Source: Cenarchaeum sp.
GTDB lineage: Archaea > Thermoproteota > Nitrososphaeria > Nitrososphaerales > Nitrosopumilaceae
Direction of reading: 5' to 3'
NCBI GenBank assembly: GCA_965206845.1
Contig: OZ242221.1
Coordinates: forward strand, 992,001 to 1,056,000
Length of the DNA stretch: 64,000 nt
The notes beneath the pieces were generated by a model. It saw only the letters and a list, made by a program, of their open reading frames with translations. It had not been told where the DNA came from and searched no databases. The first letter of the stretch is position 1, and the number at the start of each line of letters is the position of its first letter. This document shows, one piece after another, positions 1-9,373 of this stretch. The position numbers were made by a program, and so were the translations under genes.

Positions 1-344
1 CTCTCCTGGATCTGAAGGCGCCTGGAGTACTTTTCCACCAGCCGCACCATCTTGGATATCCCAAAGACCCGCCCGTTGGGCGAGTATGCAATGTGGACCT
101 TGCCAAAGAACGGCAGCATGTGGTGCTCACACATGGAGTAGAACTGGATTCCCTTTGCTACTACCGTGTCCGAGTCCTCGGAGAACTGGACTGACAGCTC
201 GGAGTTCGAGTCATAGCCGCCAAAGATCTCACTGTACATATCGGCAATGCGTCGCGGCGTCTCCCGCAGTCCCTCCCTGGTGGGATCCTCGCCTATCTCA
301 ATTATCAGCTCGCGTACAAGCTTCTGCACCCGTTCCCAATCCAT
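1..344 (-). CDS. folE: GTP cyclohydrolase I (5' part; runs off the window start)
   Basis: Not in the ORF track. Manual translation from ATG at 344: [34 protein letters not shown]...[20 protein letters not shown]...[21 protein letters not shown] (CEHH Zn motif). Next to queE. Confidence 0.95.
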   Translation of the reverse strand, partial: MDWERVQKLVRELIIEIGEDPTREGLRETPRRIADMYSEIFGGYDSNSELSVQFSEDSDTVVAKGIQFYSMCEHHMLPFFGKVHIAYSPNGRVFGISKMVRLVEKYSRRLQIQE

Positions 345-384
345 CACTGTTCCCACAGCGATTCCACTAATATTTGAAGCTAAA

Positions 385-565
385 GGGAATTATATACAAA
401 AGTACACAGTACCTTTGCCTTTTGCTGGCGCTCTTGCAATCCCCCCCACGCTTGGCTCTCGCGTGTTGTCTGGGGAACGCCCGGGAGCAATCCCGCGCTG
501 GTGTCTCGCGTCTTTGGACGACCTTCCCGGCCGCCCTGCCGCCTTGGCTGTTGCCTTGGAGGCAA
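385..565 (-). ncRNA. Putative omegaRNA scaffold overlapping the tnpB 3' end (E1)
   Basis: Nucleotide sequence conserved across the three copies, with shared hairpins. Position at the element end downstream of RuvC-III is as expected for TnpB omegaRNAs. Boundaries approximate. Confidence 0.6.
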
Positions 566-2042
566 TGTTATACGCGGCATTGATGTCCGCGTTGACGTCA
601 TTCTCACATCTGTCATTGGTGCACCGGAACTCACCCCGCGACACCCTGGATTCCTTGTCGGTGCGGCCGCACCTGTGGCATGTGATGCTGGTGCCCTTGG
701 GGTCCACCATTACCACGATCACGCCGGCATTGGCGCACGCGCCCTTGATCAATCGTTGGAACGTCCCGGGCCTTGAGTAGGCCATCTCCCTGTTTAGCCC
801 CGTCTTGGCGGAGCTTCCCTTGCCCTTGGACTTGGCTGTCATGTTGTTGAGGCTGAGGTCCTCCATGGCCACCGTTCCCGCGCCGTCCGCTATCCTCTTG
901 GACGCGTGCCTTTCCCAGTTGGTCTGGCGGTTGGCAATCTTTTCCCTCTTTTTCCGGATCTTCCTGTGCAGCTCCTTGTAGCTTCTTGACTTGGTCTTCC
1001 TCGGCTTGTCCCTGTTGCGGCCGCTCGTGTTGTTCCCGCCGTTAGTGGTTTTGCTTCCACTGTCAGCATCTTCCTTACTGTCCTGTTTGGTGCGCCTGTT
1101 GCCGCGCCCCCCTCGCTTCCTTGAGATCTCGGAATACATCTTGGATATGTCGTCGTTCTTCGCCCTCCTGCAGTCCTTTGGGAGGTCGTGGAACCTGTGG
1201 CGGCCGGTATCGAGGTCCGCCGTGGCGGCGCCGTGCACTATGCCCATGTCCACGCCCCTGACGACCGTGGATTCGGACGGCTCCGGGGCCTTGGTTTCAA
1301 CCTGGATGTGGAGCCTGTACGTCCTGTGGCGGTCTTTGGTGCGTTTCGTGGTCTTCTTCGTCGTCTCGACGAGCTGGAAGGAGAGCATGTCAAGATCCTC
1401 CACATCGCCGTGCACCCTTACGGTGCCTATGCCGGGGAGCATCACCGTGTTGTCGCCCTTGTAGACGGGCTTCTCGAAGACCGAGAGGGACCGCTGCTCC
1501 CCCTTCCTCTTGAACAGGGAATCCCTGTGGCGCCACTTGTTCCTCTTGTTGCTCCACTTGTTCGACGGCAAATTTACAGCAGTGTCAATATCCGGTATCC
1601 CCTCCTTTTCCCGGTCGAGCCTAGCCAGGTACTTCCATAATGACTTGTTGCGGCGCTTTTTGCCGTTTGATATTACGAACTTTTGAACGGCATCCAGGCC
1701 CAGCAGGAGCCCCGCCCTCTGCGCAAGGAAGCCGCCCTCTATCCATTCCTTCCCATGTCTCCATCCGGTGAGCATCTTGTTGAGGTCAAACTTGGTTGTC
1801 CTCGGGTCGTCCAGCTTCTCCCGCACCGCCATGTTGAACGCCCACCGCTGCTGGTCCATTCGGCAGGATATGAGATCCGACAGCTCCGCCGACTGGTCAA
1901 AGTCCACCTTTATGTTGCGTATCATGATGCCCTCCATTGGGCGCCTTGACCACTTTTTTGGAGCCGGCTCGGTTGCGGCTGCGGTTGCGTCCGCCTGCTC
2001 CGTTGCTGTTGCTGCTACTACCTCTGCCATGACGGATTTCAT
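390..2042 (-). CDS. tnpB: TnpB/Cas12f-like RNA-guided endonuclease, 550 aa
   Basis: RuvC-I RGVDMG, RuvC-II AMEDL, Zn ribbon TSITCHRCG...CTNDRC, RuvC-III NADINAAYNI. Stop TAA lies inside the TIR. Confidence 0.9.
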   Translation of the reverse strand: MKSVMAEVVAATATEQADATAAATEPAPKKWSRRPMEGIMIRNIKVDFDQSAELSDLISCRMDQQRWAFNMAVREKLDDPRTTKFDLNKMLTGWRHGKEWIEGGFLAQRAGLLLGLDAVQKFVISNGKKRRNKSLWKYLARLDREKEGIPDIDTAVNLPSNKWSNKRNKWRHRDSLFKRKGEQRSLSVFEKPVYKGDNTVMLPGIGTVRVHGDVEDLDMLSFQLVETTKKTTKRTKDRHRTYRLHIQVETKAPEPSESTVVRGVDMGIVHGAATADLDTGRHRFHDLPKDCRRAKNDDISKMYSEISRKRGGRGNRRTKQDSKEDADSGSKTTNGGNNTSGRNRDKPRKTKSRSYKELHRKIRKKREKIANRQTNWERHASKRIADGAGTVAMEDLSLNNMTAKSKGKGSSAKTGLNREMAYSRPGTFQRLIKGACANAGVIVVMVDPKGTSITCHRCGRTDKESRVSRGEFRCTNDRCENDVNADINAAYNIASKATAKAAGRPGRSSKDARHQRGIAPGRSPDNTREPSVGGIARAPAKGKGTVYFCI

Positions 2043-2064
2043 TACGCATTCAATATGTCATACG

Positions 2065-2101
2065 TATAAAAACACCGCGACAACACCATGCAGACCATGC
2101 A
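2065..2101 (-). promoter_or_regulatory. Putative tnpB promoter (TATA-like box plus tandem TGCATGGT(C) repeats)
   Basis: TTTTTATA ~23 nt upstream of the ATG. The same cassette is present in E2, E3 and the remnant at 16199-16260. Confidence 0.55.
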
Positions 2102-2292
2102 AACAGTCCGCACCGCCGCGACCATTATTTCCGCCGCGCTTGCCTGTGCTGTTCCTCCAGCCACTGGCGCCGCGCCGGCATCTGGCAGGAATGGCGCGCC
2201 GGAAGGAAAGCCGGAAAATGATGAAAGCATTGTGTACTTTTGTATATAATTCCCAAGCTAAACGGTCGCAGCCGCGGATGCCCGGCCGGGCT

Positions 2293-3006
2293 TTACGGCG
2301 CCCCTATGAACTTGTGCATCTGAGGCACTATGCGAACATCCCTGTAGTGGGGCCACACCGCATCGTACAGCTCCATGAGCAGGTCAAGGCCGGGACTGCC
2401 GGCCCCGTATACCGGCTGAATGACAAAACCGGAGATGTCGCCTGCCGCGATGACGCCGAATACCTGCCCTGCCAGCTCCGCCATGTCCTCCCCGGTGGTG
2501 CGGGAGCTGACGACGACCTTGATGTACGTGTCTTTCTTTGATGTTACAGACAGCCTCAGGCACTCGAGGGCGTTCTTGACAAGATCCGGATAGTGCCCGT
2601 CATCTACAAAACCCGAGTCCCGGGTCTTGAACTCGATCTTTACCAGATCGATACTGGGCAGCACACGGGAGAATCTCGCCGAGTCAAAGCACGCCGACTC
2701 GAGGTAGACGGGTATGCCCTTTGACCTGACATACTCTGCCATCTCCGCCACCGCGTCAGGCTGCATCAGGGGATCGCCGCCGGTGAAATTCACCTTGTAG
2801 GTGTTCTGCTGCAGGTTCTGCCCGATGAGCCTGCAGGCCTCTGCCACAGGGTACTCGGTCCCGGAGTTGGACGGGAGCGCCTCTGCGGTATCGCAGTAAA
2901 AGCACGAAAACGGACACCCGGCCAGCCTGACGAACATGGTCTTTGTCCCGTACAGTATGCCCTCCCCCTCTATGGAGGTGAATATCTCAAACAGCCTTAC
3001 CTTCAA
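2293..3006 (-). CDS. queE: 7-carboxy-7-deazaguanine synthase (radical SAM)
   Basis: EIFTSIEGEG...FVRLAGCPFSCFYCDT, FTGGDPL, C-terminal PQMHK. Confidence 0.93.
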   Translation of the reverse strand: MKVRLFEIFTSIEGEGILYGTKTMFVRLAGCPFSCFYCDTAEALPSNSGTEYPVAEACRLIGQNLQQNTYKVNFTGGDPLMQPDAVAEMAEYVRSKGIPVYLESACFDSARFSRVLPSIDLVKIEFKTRDSGFVDDGHYPDLVKNALECLRLSVTSKKDTYIKVVVSSRTTGEDMAELAGQVFGVIAAGDISGFVIQPVYGAGSPGLDLLMELYDAVWPHYRDVRIVPQMHKFIGAP

Positions 3007-3149
3007 CAGTTATGTGGGCCTGTCCTGTCTATTTATTCGGCGCATCTACTCCCGGTGACGGGCCGATACCGCCGGGGCTCCACTGTGAAGCAACCTCCAA
3101 GATCGGTACAGGCCAGCCGGTTCCCGTCCCCGGGCCGCAAAAACCGGAG

Positions 3150-3356
3150 TCAGTGCATTACGGGCTCTTTTGTGTAAAAGAGGCCTGCGATGAAGAAGAC
3201 CACGCCAAGAATGCCGATCAGACTTCCCACAAACTCCAGGGTGCCGGTGAACTCGGGCTCCAGGGTAGGCCAGTAGGCTGCCATCAGCGCGCCCACCACG
3301 ATCATCGGAATTCCAACACCGGCAGTGATCGCTCTGGACGCCATGGCGTAAATCAC
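3150..3356 (-). CDS. Small two-TM membrane hypothetical protein
   Basis: 68 aa, two hydrophobic segments, AT-rich promoter-like sequence upstream. Confidence 0.7.
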   Translation of the reverse strand: MIYAMASRAITAGVGIPMIVVGALMAAYWPTLEPEFTGTLEFVGSLIGILGVVFFIAGLFYTKEPVMH

Positions 3357-3639
3357 CTGTAAAATGTATAATAGTTTTTGCGTCGTGGCGCTGCGGGGGT
3401 GTTGGGCCTGTCTGGATATTTTTGTCCACTTTGTGTAAATTTATGTGCAGGTGATGACGGATGCGGCCGAATGCAAGTCTGACCCGTGTTCGGTCCTGCC
3501 CATGGATCCGGCAATGTCTGGAAGGCGGGATCCATGGCGCAGGGCCGGATCGGCCGTCCGCCTCCGGATCCGGCCCGGGCGCGTTCGCGCCGGATCCAGA
3601 CGGTCGCACAGCCTAATGGCGTGTTGCATAATTCCTCCC

Positions 3640-3779
3640 AAGATGTGATTCGTAATTAGCACGCAGGCACATTAGAGCACGATCTTTGGCATAATCATAC
3701 GAAAGTTGCATGCTTTGGAGCACACATCTGTAAGATTATGGGCATCGAAGGCCCGATTCTTAATTGCGGATCATGTCTC
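3640..3779. mobile_element. 140-bp MITE-like repeat, family A, copy 1
   Basis: Near-identical to 16274-16413 and (inverted) 17301-17440; imperfect TIR (G/A)AGATGTGATTCGTAATTA / TAATTGCGGATCATGTCTC. Confidence 0.85.
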
Positions 3780-4381
3780 GGGACGCAGTCGTCCTGCAGC
3801 GCAAGTTCCGGCACAAGTTTGTCAACCCCGAGGGCATGCACGTCTTCTCGGTGATACAGAGCTTCAACAGGACATGCCGCAAGCTGGGACTCGTCCCCTG
3901 GATGTGCGTGGAAAAGATTGCGGAGAACCCGAACTACAACATATTCGAGGCCGGACCTGAGATGGCACGCGCGCCGGCGCCTCCGGCGGATGCGCCCGAG
4001 TCAGACACATTCTACGCGGAACAGGCCCTCGTCGCGCACCCGGCGGTCGGTGAAAGTGTAGCCGAGACGGAACGGCCCCCGGTCGGGGCACCCGCCGCAC
4101 CGCCGGATCAGTCACCTGCTACGTCCCACACGCCGGCCGGAGACAGGGCCGATACGGAAGCAGACCCGCACGGGTTCGTGCCCCCGCTGGCGGCAGGCCT
4201 GCGGCCGGGCAGCCGCGCCGCAATGACCCGCGTCCCATCTCTGCCTCGCGCCATAACCGATCCCGATCATGTGCCGTTTTACGGCAAGCCGCCGCCGGCA
4301 GTATCTGCCTGACGCTGCAAGATGACACCTGGTTGGCACGGCTAGCCGGAGGGGGACAAGTGCTTGGACCTGAGGATGTAC
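3780..4381 (+). pseudogene. IS66-like transposase C-terminal remnant with Pro/Ala-rich tail and probable element end
   Basis: RDAVVLQRKFRHKFVNPEGMHVFSVIQSFNRTCRKLGLVPW resembles the IS66 TnpC C-terminus (stop at 4312). 5' part is cut at MITE-A. End motif GGACCTGAGGATGTAC at 4366-4381. Confidence 0.65.
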
Positions 4382-4402
4382 CCTGAACAGTAACCAAAAT
4401 TC

Positions 4403-4495
4403 GTAAGCGTTCACGTCCCCTCTTGTTCCGTGCCTGTAGACAGGTCGACGTGGGCTGTAGTTAGGCGTGGATTAAGGGAGGACGTGAACACTTAC
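4403..4495. mobile_element. 93-bp IS66-type MITE (family B)
   Basis: TIR GTAAGCGTTCACGTCC / GGACGTGAACACTTAC; 8-bp direct repeat CAAAATTC at 4395-4402 and 4496-4503. Confidence 0.85.
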
Positions 4496-4531
4496 CAAAA
4501 TTCTATATTGCAATCCCATCTATCTTATGAT

Positions 4532-6169
4532 GTGGCTGCAAAAAAGGAATGGCGCGTAAAACCCAGCAAGGAGATGATACGGAGCACGTCCAATCCCCGC
4601 ATATACAAGAGCGGACAGTCCTATTACGCAGACGGAAAGGTGATATCGGCCTATATCGACGGGAACGCTCTGATGGCGGTCGTGTCGGGGGGGATGGAAT
4701 ACGACGTGATGATCATAAGTAAGGGTGACCAGTTCACTGCAAACTGCACCTGCCAGTTCAACAGTTACCTCTACTACGAAGCGTGCGAGCACACAATCGC
4801 CGTCCTGATGCACCTGACCGAGCACTTTGAGGAGATGCTGAGCGAAGCGGAATCCAGGAAGTCCACGATAGCCAACATGATCACCTTGGTGGCTCCGGGC
4901 AAGGCGCTAAAGTTTCTGGCGGATCTCATGGTGCACGACGGGGATGCACGGCAGGAGTTTGTCAAGAAGTTCAAGCTGGAGCATGTGCGTCCTATGGTAG
5001 ACCACAAGTCCGAGGTGGACCGGATGTACTATTACGCGGCAGAGTCAGACGGAAGTGTGCGCGAGGCACTGGACTTTGAGCGCTACTTTGCCAGGGCCAG
5101 GGAGAATCGGGACGGCGGCGGGGCCGCCGAGGCGACAAAGATGTACCGGGGGCTGTCAGAAGCGATATCCGGACATATGGGCACGGTGGACGACTCGAGC
5201 GGATACTACACGGACTGCTTCATAGAGGCACTGGAGAGCATGGCCGAGTCGATAGTCCGGGAGGATCTGCCGGCAGACAAAAAACGCGAGCACATTTTGT
5301 ATCTTTTTAAGAAGTTCATGGATGGGACGCCTGCAGAACTCGCCCAGCACTACCGCGGCGCTCTGGAGGCTGTGTGCATCGCAGACGATGACGCAGCGTG
5401 CCTGCGCGACATGATAAAGCCACGCCTGCGGAACGCCGGCAGTGGCAAGTCGGACAACACGACGGATCTTGTGCGCATGCAGGCCCACATTCTCGAGGGG
5501 CTGGGCCGGACAGCAGAACTCGAGACGCTTCTGGAGAAGTTCCACAGCCTGGACAGAGGGCTGTGCGTCATGTACCTTGACATGCTAAAGCACGCCGATC
5601 AGGACAAGGCCCGACAGGCGGCCCGGGATGCCACAGGTGCGTTTCCGGGCGATGTGCGTATAATGGGTGCGGCCCTGGAGCTCTATCCCAAGGCAGGTCC
5701 AGACTACGTCCCGGCGCTCAGAGATCTGTTTGCGGCAACGGGCGACTGGCGGTACTTTTTCAAGCTCGGGGAGGTGTCCACGGACTGGCATGCCGAGGTG
5801 GCAACCACTGCCAGCAACCTTTTGAGGAAGGGCGCCCCCGGCACGGCCGTCGACGCCTACCTGAAGGGGGGCATGGCCGGAGACGCCATGGATCTGCTTG
5901 AGTCGCTGGGGGATGTCGAGCTCTTCGCCGCGTACCGCACAAAGCTGGCCAAGGGCTATCCGGATAGGTACATTGCCGCGTACGGTGAGCATGCCAGGCG
6001 ATTTGCCAAGAGCAGAACCGGAAGGGATCACTACGAGCGCGTCCGCAAGCACCTCGCCAGCATAAAGGCAATTCCAGGCAGCGGCGACAGGTACGAGGGG
6101 CTGATGCGCCACATCAGGCTGGACAACCATAACAAGCGTGTCCTGCTGAAGATCATGGAGGATCTGTAG
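4532..6169 (+). CDS. SWIM zinc-finger protein with helical C-terminal region
   Basis: CTC...CEH SWIM motif (ANCTCQFNSYLYYEACEHTIAVL). The ORF-track start 4430 lies inside MITE-B, so GTG 4532 is preferred. Confidence 0.8.
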   Translation: MAAKKEWRVKPSKEMIRSTSNPRIYKSGQSYYADGKVISAYIDGNALMAVVSGGMEYDVMIISKGDQFTANCTCQFNSYLYYEACEHTIAVLMHLTEHFEEMLSEAESRKSTIANMITLVAPGKALKFLADLMVHDGDARQEFVKKFKLEHVRPMVDHKSEVDRMYYYAAESDGSVREALDFERYFARARENRDGGGAAEATKMYRGLSEAISGHMGTVDDSSGYYTDCFIEALESMAESIVREDLPADKKREHILYLFKKFMDGTPAELAQHYRGALEAVCIADDDAACLRDMIKPRLRNAGSGKSDNTTDLVRMQAHILEGLGRTAELETLLEKFHSLDRGLCVMYLDMLKHADQDKARQAARDATGAFPGDVRIMGAALELYPKAGPDYVPALRDLFAATGDWRYFFKLGEVSTDWHAEVATTASNLLRKGAPGTAVDAYLKGGMAGDAMDLLESLGDVELFAAYRTKLAKGYPDRYIAAYGEHARRFAKSRTGRDHYERVRKHLASIKAIPGSGDRYEGLMRHIRLDNHNKRVLLKIMEDL

Positions 6170-9100
6170 CGCGCGCCGGTTGCGGCTGGTCGGCCTCGTA
6201 CCCCGATGCGTTGCCGACGGCAGCCAGTCTGCCTGCCGGATCCCTTATCGCACTCGGCTTGCTGCCGCCATCACGCAGCAGGTACAGGTAGCAGTCGCCA
6301 CGGAGCGTCTTTGCCCGGAACCACTCGTTGAATGTAAACGTCACCGGTTCGTCTCCGGTTACCGACTTTGCCAGGATGTATCGAGTGGCTTCCCCCCGGC
6401 CCACAGATCTGATGTCAAAACCGCAGCCCGTCCCAGATACGTTCTCAGGACTCCTGCCGGATCTGCGCTCAAACTCCATGGATCTGTCCAGGGCGAGCCG
6501 CTTCAGGCGCGCGGCATCGGCCGGGCCGGGCAGCACCCTGGCAACGCCCACCACAGACACCCCGCCAATGCTCAAGTCCGCGTCCTGCCTCATCCGCATG
6601 CCCATGTCCCTTCTGGCCAGCCTGTACTTCCTACGGCTCTCCCTCTTGTTCCTGATGGCGAGATCCACATTGGTGCCCTTTCGCTTCTTTGTCAGCAACT
6701 CCACCATGTCGTCCCCTATCCTCTCCAGATGCGAGTCTAGCGACCGCATTCCATACTTTTGCACCAGCACTGCATGCCTGTCCCGCTCTGCAGCAAGATC
6801 CTTCGCATAGTCTGCCAGCAGCTCAGCCGACTTGGCAACTGCCATACCCTTGATCTTCTCCAGGTCCGTCTCCAGATCGTGCTCGGCGTGGCGCCTGTCA
6901 AGATCCAGCACCACCGACGGGGAGACCGGCCGGGTGCCTCCCCTCCCGTCAACAAAACAGGCGAGCATCTGCCTGCCAGCCAGTCTCTGGGATCCGTCGA
7001 ACACCTTGCCCTCGCAGAACACCAGATGGCCGTCCATCCCACCGGTCGGATCTACAAACACGGCTCCGCCCAGCGCGGCATCAGAGTACTTTTGCTCCGC
7101 CCAGTCAAGCGCCGCGTCAAACGCCGGATGCCCAAAGGTTATCAGCTCGGTTCCCGGGTTTGCCATCCTGATCCTCTTGTCAAAGGTGGCCACGGGGTAC
7201 GAGGACGGCACCGGCTCGCCGCTCCTTGCCTGCGCCATCCCGAGTATGTCCTCGGGCAGCTCGATGGATACCAGGTCGTCGTCCCCGACTATCCGGCCCC
7301 CGGCCGCATCCATTATTCTCTGGAACAGATCCCTTGTGTACTCGGGCACCAGCTGCTTCTCTCGCGCCTTCTCCCGCACGCCCTTGAGCATGGTATAGTC
7401 CATGTACTTGGTGGCCAGGCCGTCCTTCATGTAGTCGATTATGCGGTCGTTGTTCGTTGCGATGGACTCCTTCAGATCCGCGATTATGTCCGACTGCCTC
7501 CTCGCGCGGACCGTCGCGTCCAGCAGCATCTGTGCGAGGCTCTTTCCCTGGACGATCTCGCTTATGACGTCAAACACCTTGTCGCTTCCCATGGCCTCCT
7601 TTATCTCGTCTAGCTTCTCAAACAGCGTCTGCATTATCTTGCCCTCACGCGTGTCGGCGGCCACCAGGTTGAAGACGGACACCGGAAACTTTTGGCCGTA
7701 TCGGTGTACCCTGCCCATCCTCTGCTCCAGTCTGTTGGGATTCCATGGCAGGTCATAGTTTATCATCAGGTGGCAGAACTGGAGGTTGATTCCCTCGCCT
7801 GCCGCCTCGGTGGCGACCATCACGCGGGTCCTGTCACGGAAGACACTCTCGGCGTCCTTCCTCTCGTCGGCTGGCATGGCCCCGTGTATGGTGTTTACCG
7901 AGTAGCCCCATCGCCGTATGTTCTCCACCAGGTGGTCCAGCGTGTCCTTGGACTCGGTGAACACCAGTATCTTTTCCTCCGGGTGTCCCTTGTCCATCTC
8001 TTCCATGGTCTTTTTCAGCTGGCTCAATTTTGCCTCGGATCCCTTCCTGACGATCTTCTCGGCCTTTGCTATCAACCCGTCCAGGATGCCGATCTCTTCC
8101 CTGAGCTCCCTCCTGTTTTTGGCCACGGTGATCAGCTCCCATCTCTTCTCCTCGTCCCATTGGTCCTTTTCTGCCACCCCGTCCGCATAGTCGGGGGCGC
8201 CCGCCGGCATGCCCCTTTGTGCGGCATCCATCTTTAGCGCGTCGCTCTCAAGCTGCTTCAGCCTGTGCCTTCTTCTCTTGAGCGACTCTGACAGCGCAAA
8301 CGTGCTGGATGCGAACCGGCGCTGGAGGATTATGAGTGCAAACGTGATGTTGTGGCGCTTGATGGACTGGGTGGCCAGGTTGTACTGCTCGCTGATGTAC
8401 TTGGACATGGCGTTGTACAGGCTCTTTTCGGGACGCGACAGCTGCACGTCTGGCGTCTCCACACTGCGCGGTGCAAAGAGCGGCCTGCCGTCAAAGTCCT
8501 TCATGTCCTCCTTGGTGCGCCTCAGGAACAGCGGATTGTCCTGGTTCTTTATCGACTCATCCATCATTGCGTCCGTGGCAAAGTAGCCCGGCTCCAACAG
8601 GTCCAGGAGCAGCCTGAAGTTCTGGGTGTCCCCCTTGTGTGGTGTCGCGGTCAGGAACAGAATGTGCCTGCTCATTGCGGAGAGCATCTCGCCCAGCTTG
8701 TAGCGCTTGGTCTTGGCGGTGCTGCTGCCGTACGAGTACGCGCTCATCTTGTGCGCCTCGTCCACTATTATCAGGTCAAACCGTATGTCCCTCATCGAGC
8801 CCATCACGTCGTCCTGTTTTGCAAAGTCGATGGATGTAATCAGCTGGCCGCCGTCCCAGGCCCCCATTCCCTCGCTGGCTCCAAAATAACTGCGATCCAC
8901 CACCGTAAAGTCCTCATCGAGCTTGTCCCGGAGCTCCCACCTCCACTGCTCCTTCAGCTGTCCGGGAACCACTATCAGGACGCGCCGTACCTCATTTCTC
9001 ATCTTCATCTCCTTGATTACCAGCCCTGCCATGATCGTCTTTCCGGCTCCGGGATCGTGCGCCAGCATGAACCGTATCCTGGATTTTTTAAGCACATGCT

Positions 9101-9317
9101 CGTACACGGCCTCTATCTGGTGTGGCAGGGGATCCACCTTGGAGACACTCACCGCGAGGATCGGATCGTATGCGAAGGCGTACCTGAACCTTTTGGCTTC
9201 CAGCGCCAGAAACGCTTGCCCGGAATCGGCAGGCTTGTGCATCGGGATCGTGGAGCTCTTGCGGCGCCCCCCTGCACTCTTGGCACGGCTTATTCCTGCC
9301 TCACCTGCACTGGGCAC
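6153..9317 (-). CDS. SNF2-family helicase with C-terminal DUF3883-like domain
   Basis: DPLPHQ, PGAGKT, DEAH, TATPH, ATEAAGEGINLQ, EQRMGRVHRYGQ; C-terminal GFDIRS...RYILAK. The ORF-track start 9398 lies in MITE-C; true start uncertain (GTG 9317 or ATG 9242). Confidence 0.85.
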   Translation of the reverse strand: MPSAGEAGISRAKSAGGRRKSSTIPMHKPADSGQAFLALEAKRFRYAFAYDPILAVSVSKVDPLPHQIEAVYEHVLKKSRIRFMLAHDPGAGKTIMAGLVIKEMKMRNEVRRVLIVVPGQLKEQWRWELRDKLDEDFTVVDRSYFGASEGMGAWDGGQLITSIDFAKQDDVMGSMRDIRFDLIIVDEAHKMSAYSYGSSTAKTKRYKLGEMLSAMSRHILFLTATPHKGDTQNFRLLLDLLEPGYFATDAMMDESIKNQDNPLFLRRTKEDMKDFDGRPLFAPRSVETPDVQLSRPEKSLYNAMSKYISEQYNLATQSIKRHNITFALIILQRRFASSTFALSESLKRRRHRLKQLESDALKMDAAQRGMPAGAPDYADGVAEKDQWDEEKRWELITVAKNRRELREEIGILDGLIAKAEKIVRKGSEAKLSQLKKTMEEMDKGHPEEKILVFTESKDTLDHLVENIRRWGYSVNTIHGAMPADERKDAESVFRDRTRVMVATEAAGEGINLQFCHLMINYDLPWNPNRLEQRMGRVHRYGQKFPVSVFNLVAADTREGKIMQTLFEKLDEIKEAMGSDKVFDVISEIVQGKSLAQMLLDATVRARRQSDIIADLKESIATNNDRIIDYMKDGLATKYMDYTMLKGVREKAREKQLVPEYTRDLFQRIMDAAGGRIVGDDDLVSIELPEDILGMAQARSGEPVPSSYPVATFDKRIRMANPGTELITFGHPAFDAALDWAEQKYSDAALGGAVFVDPTGGMDGHLVFCEGKVFDGSQRLAGRQMLACFVDGRGGTRPVSPSVVLDLDRRHAEHDLETDLEKIKGMAVAKSAELLADYAKDLAAERDRHAVLVQKYGMRSLDSHLERIGDDMVELLTKKRKGTNVDLAIRNKRESRRKYRLARRDMGMRMRQDADLSIGGVSVVGVARVLPGPADAARLKRLALDRSMEFERRSGRSPENVSGTGCGFDIRSVGRGEATRYILAKSVTGDEPVTFTFNEWFRAKTLRGDCYLYLLRDGGSKPSAIRDPAGRLAAVGNASGYEADQPQPARATDPP

Positions 9318-9373
9318 ATCATTCTGGCAATGGGTCTCCTGATTGCCAATTAAAGTATAGCGTCTGCTAGTCG

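Larger units (their letters stand above)
385..2254 (-). mobile_element. TIR-bounded, TnpB-carrying non-autonomous transposon (copy E1)
   Basis: Perfect 24-bp TIR GGGAATTATATACAAAAGTACACA at 385-408 and inverted at 2231-2254; 8-bp direct repeat AAGCTAAA at 377-384 and 2255-2262; single tnpB-like ORF, no transposase; lies between queE and folE. Confidence 0.93.

Noticed and set aside
385-2254. Ordinary IS605/IS1341 or IS607 element
   Set aside because: No tnpA or serine recombinase, and the clear TIRs with 8-bp duplications are not produced by those families.
1-3006. folE/queE as a 7-deazaguanine DNA-modification (dpd) island
   Set aside because: No dpd genes in view; consistent with ordinary preQ0/archaeosine synthesis.
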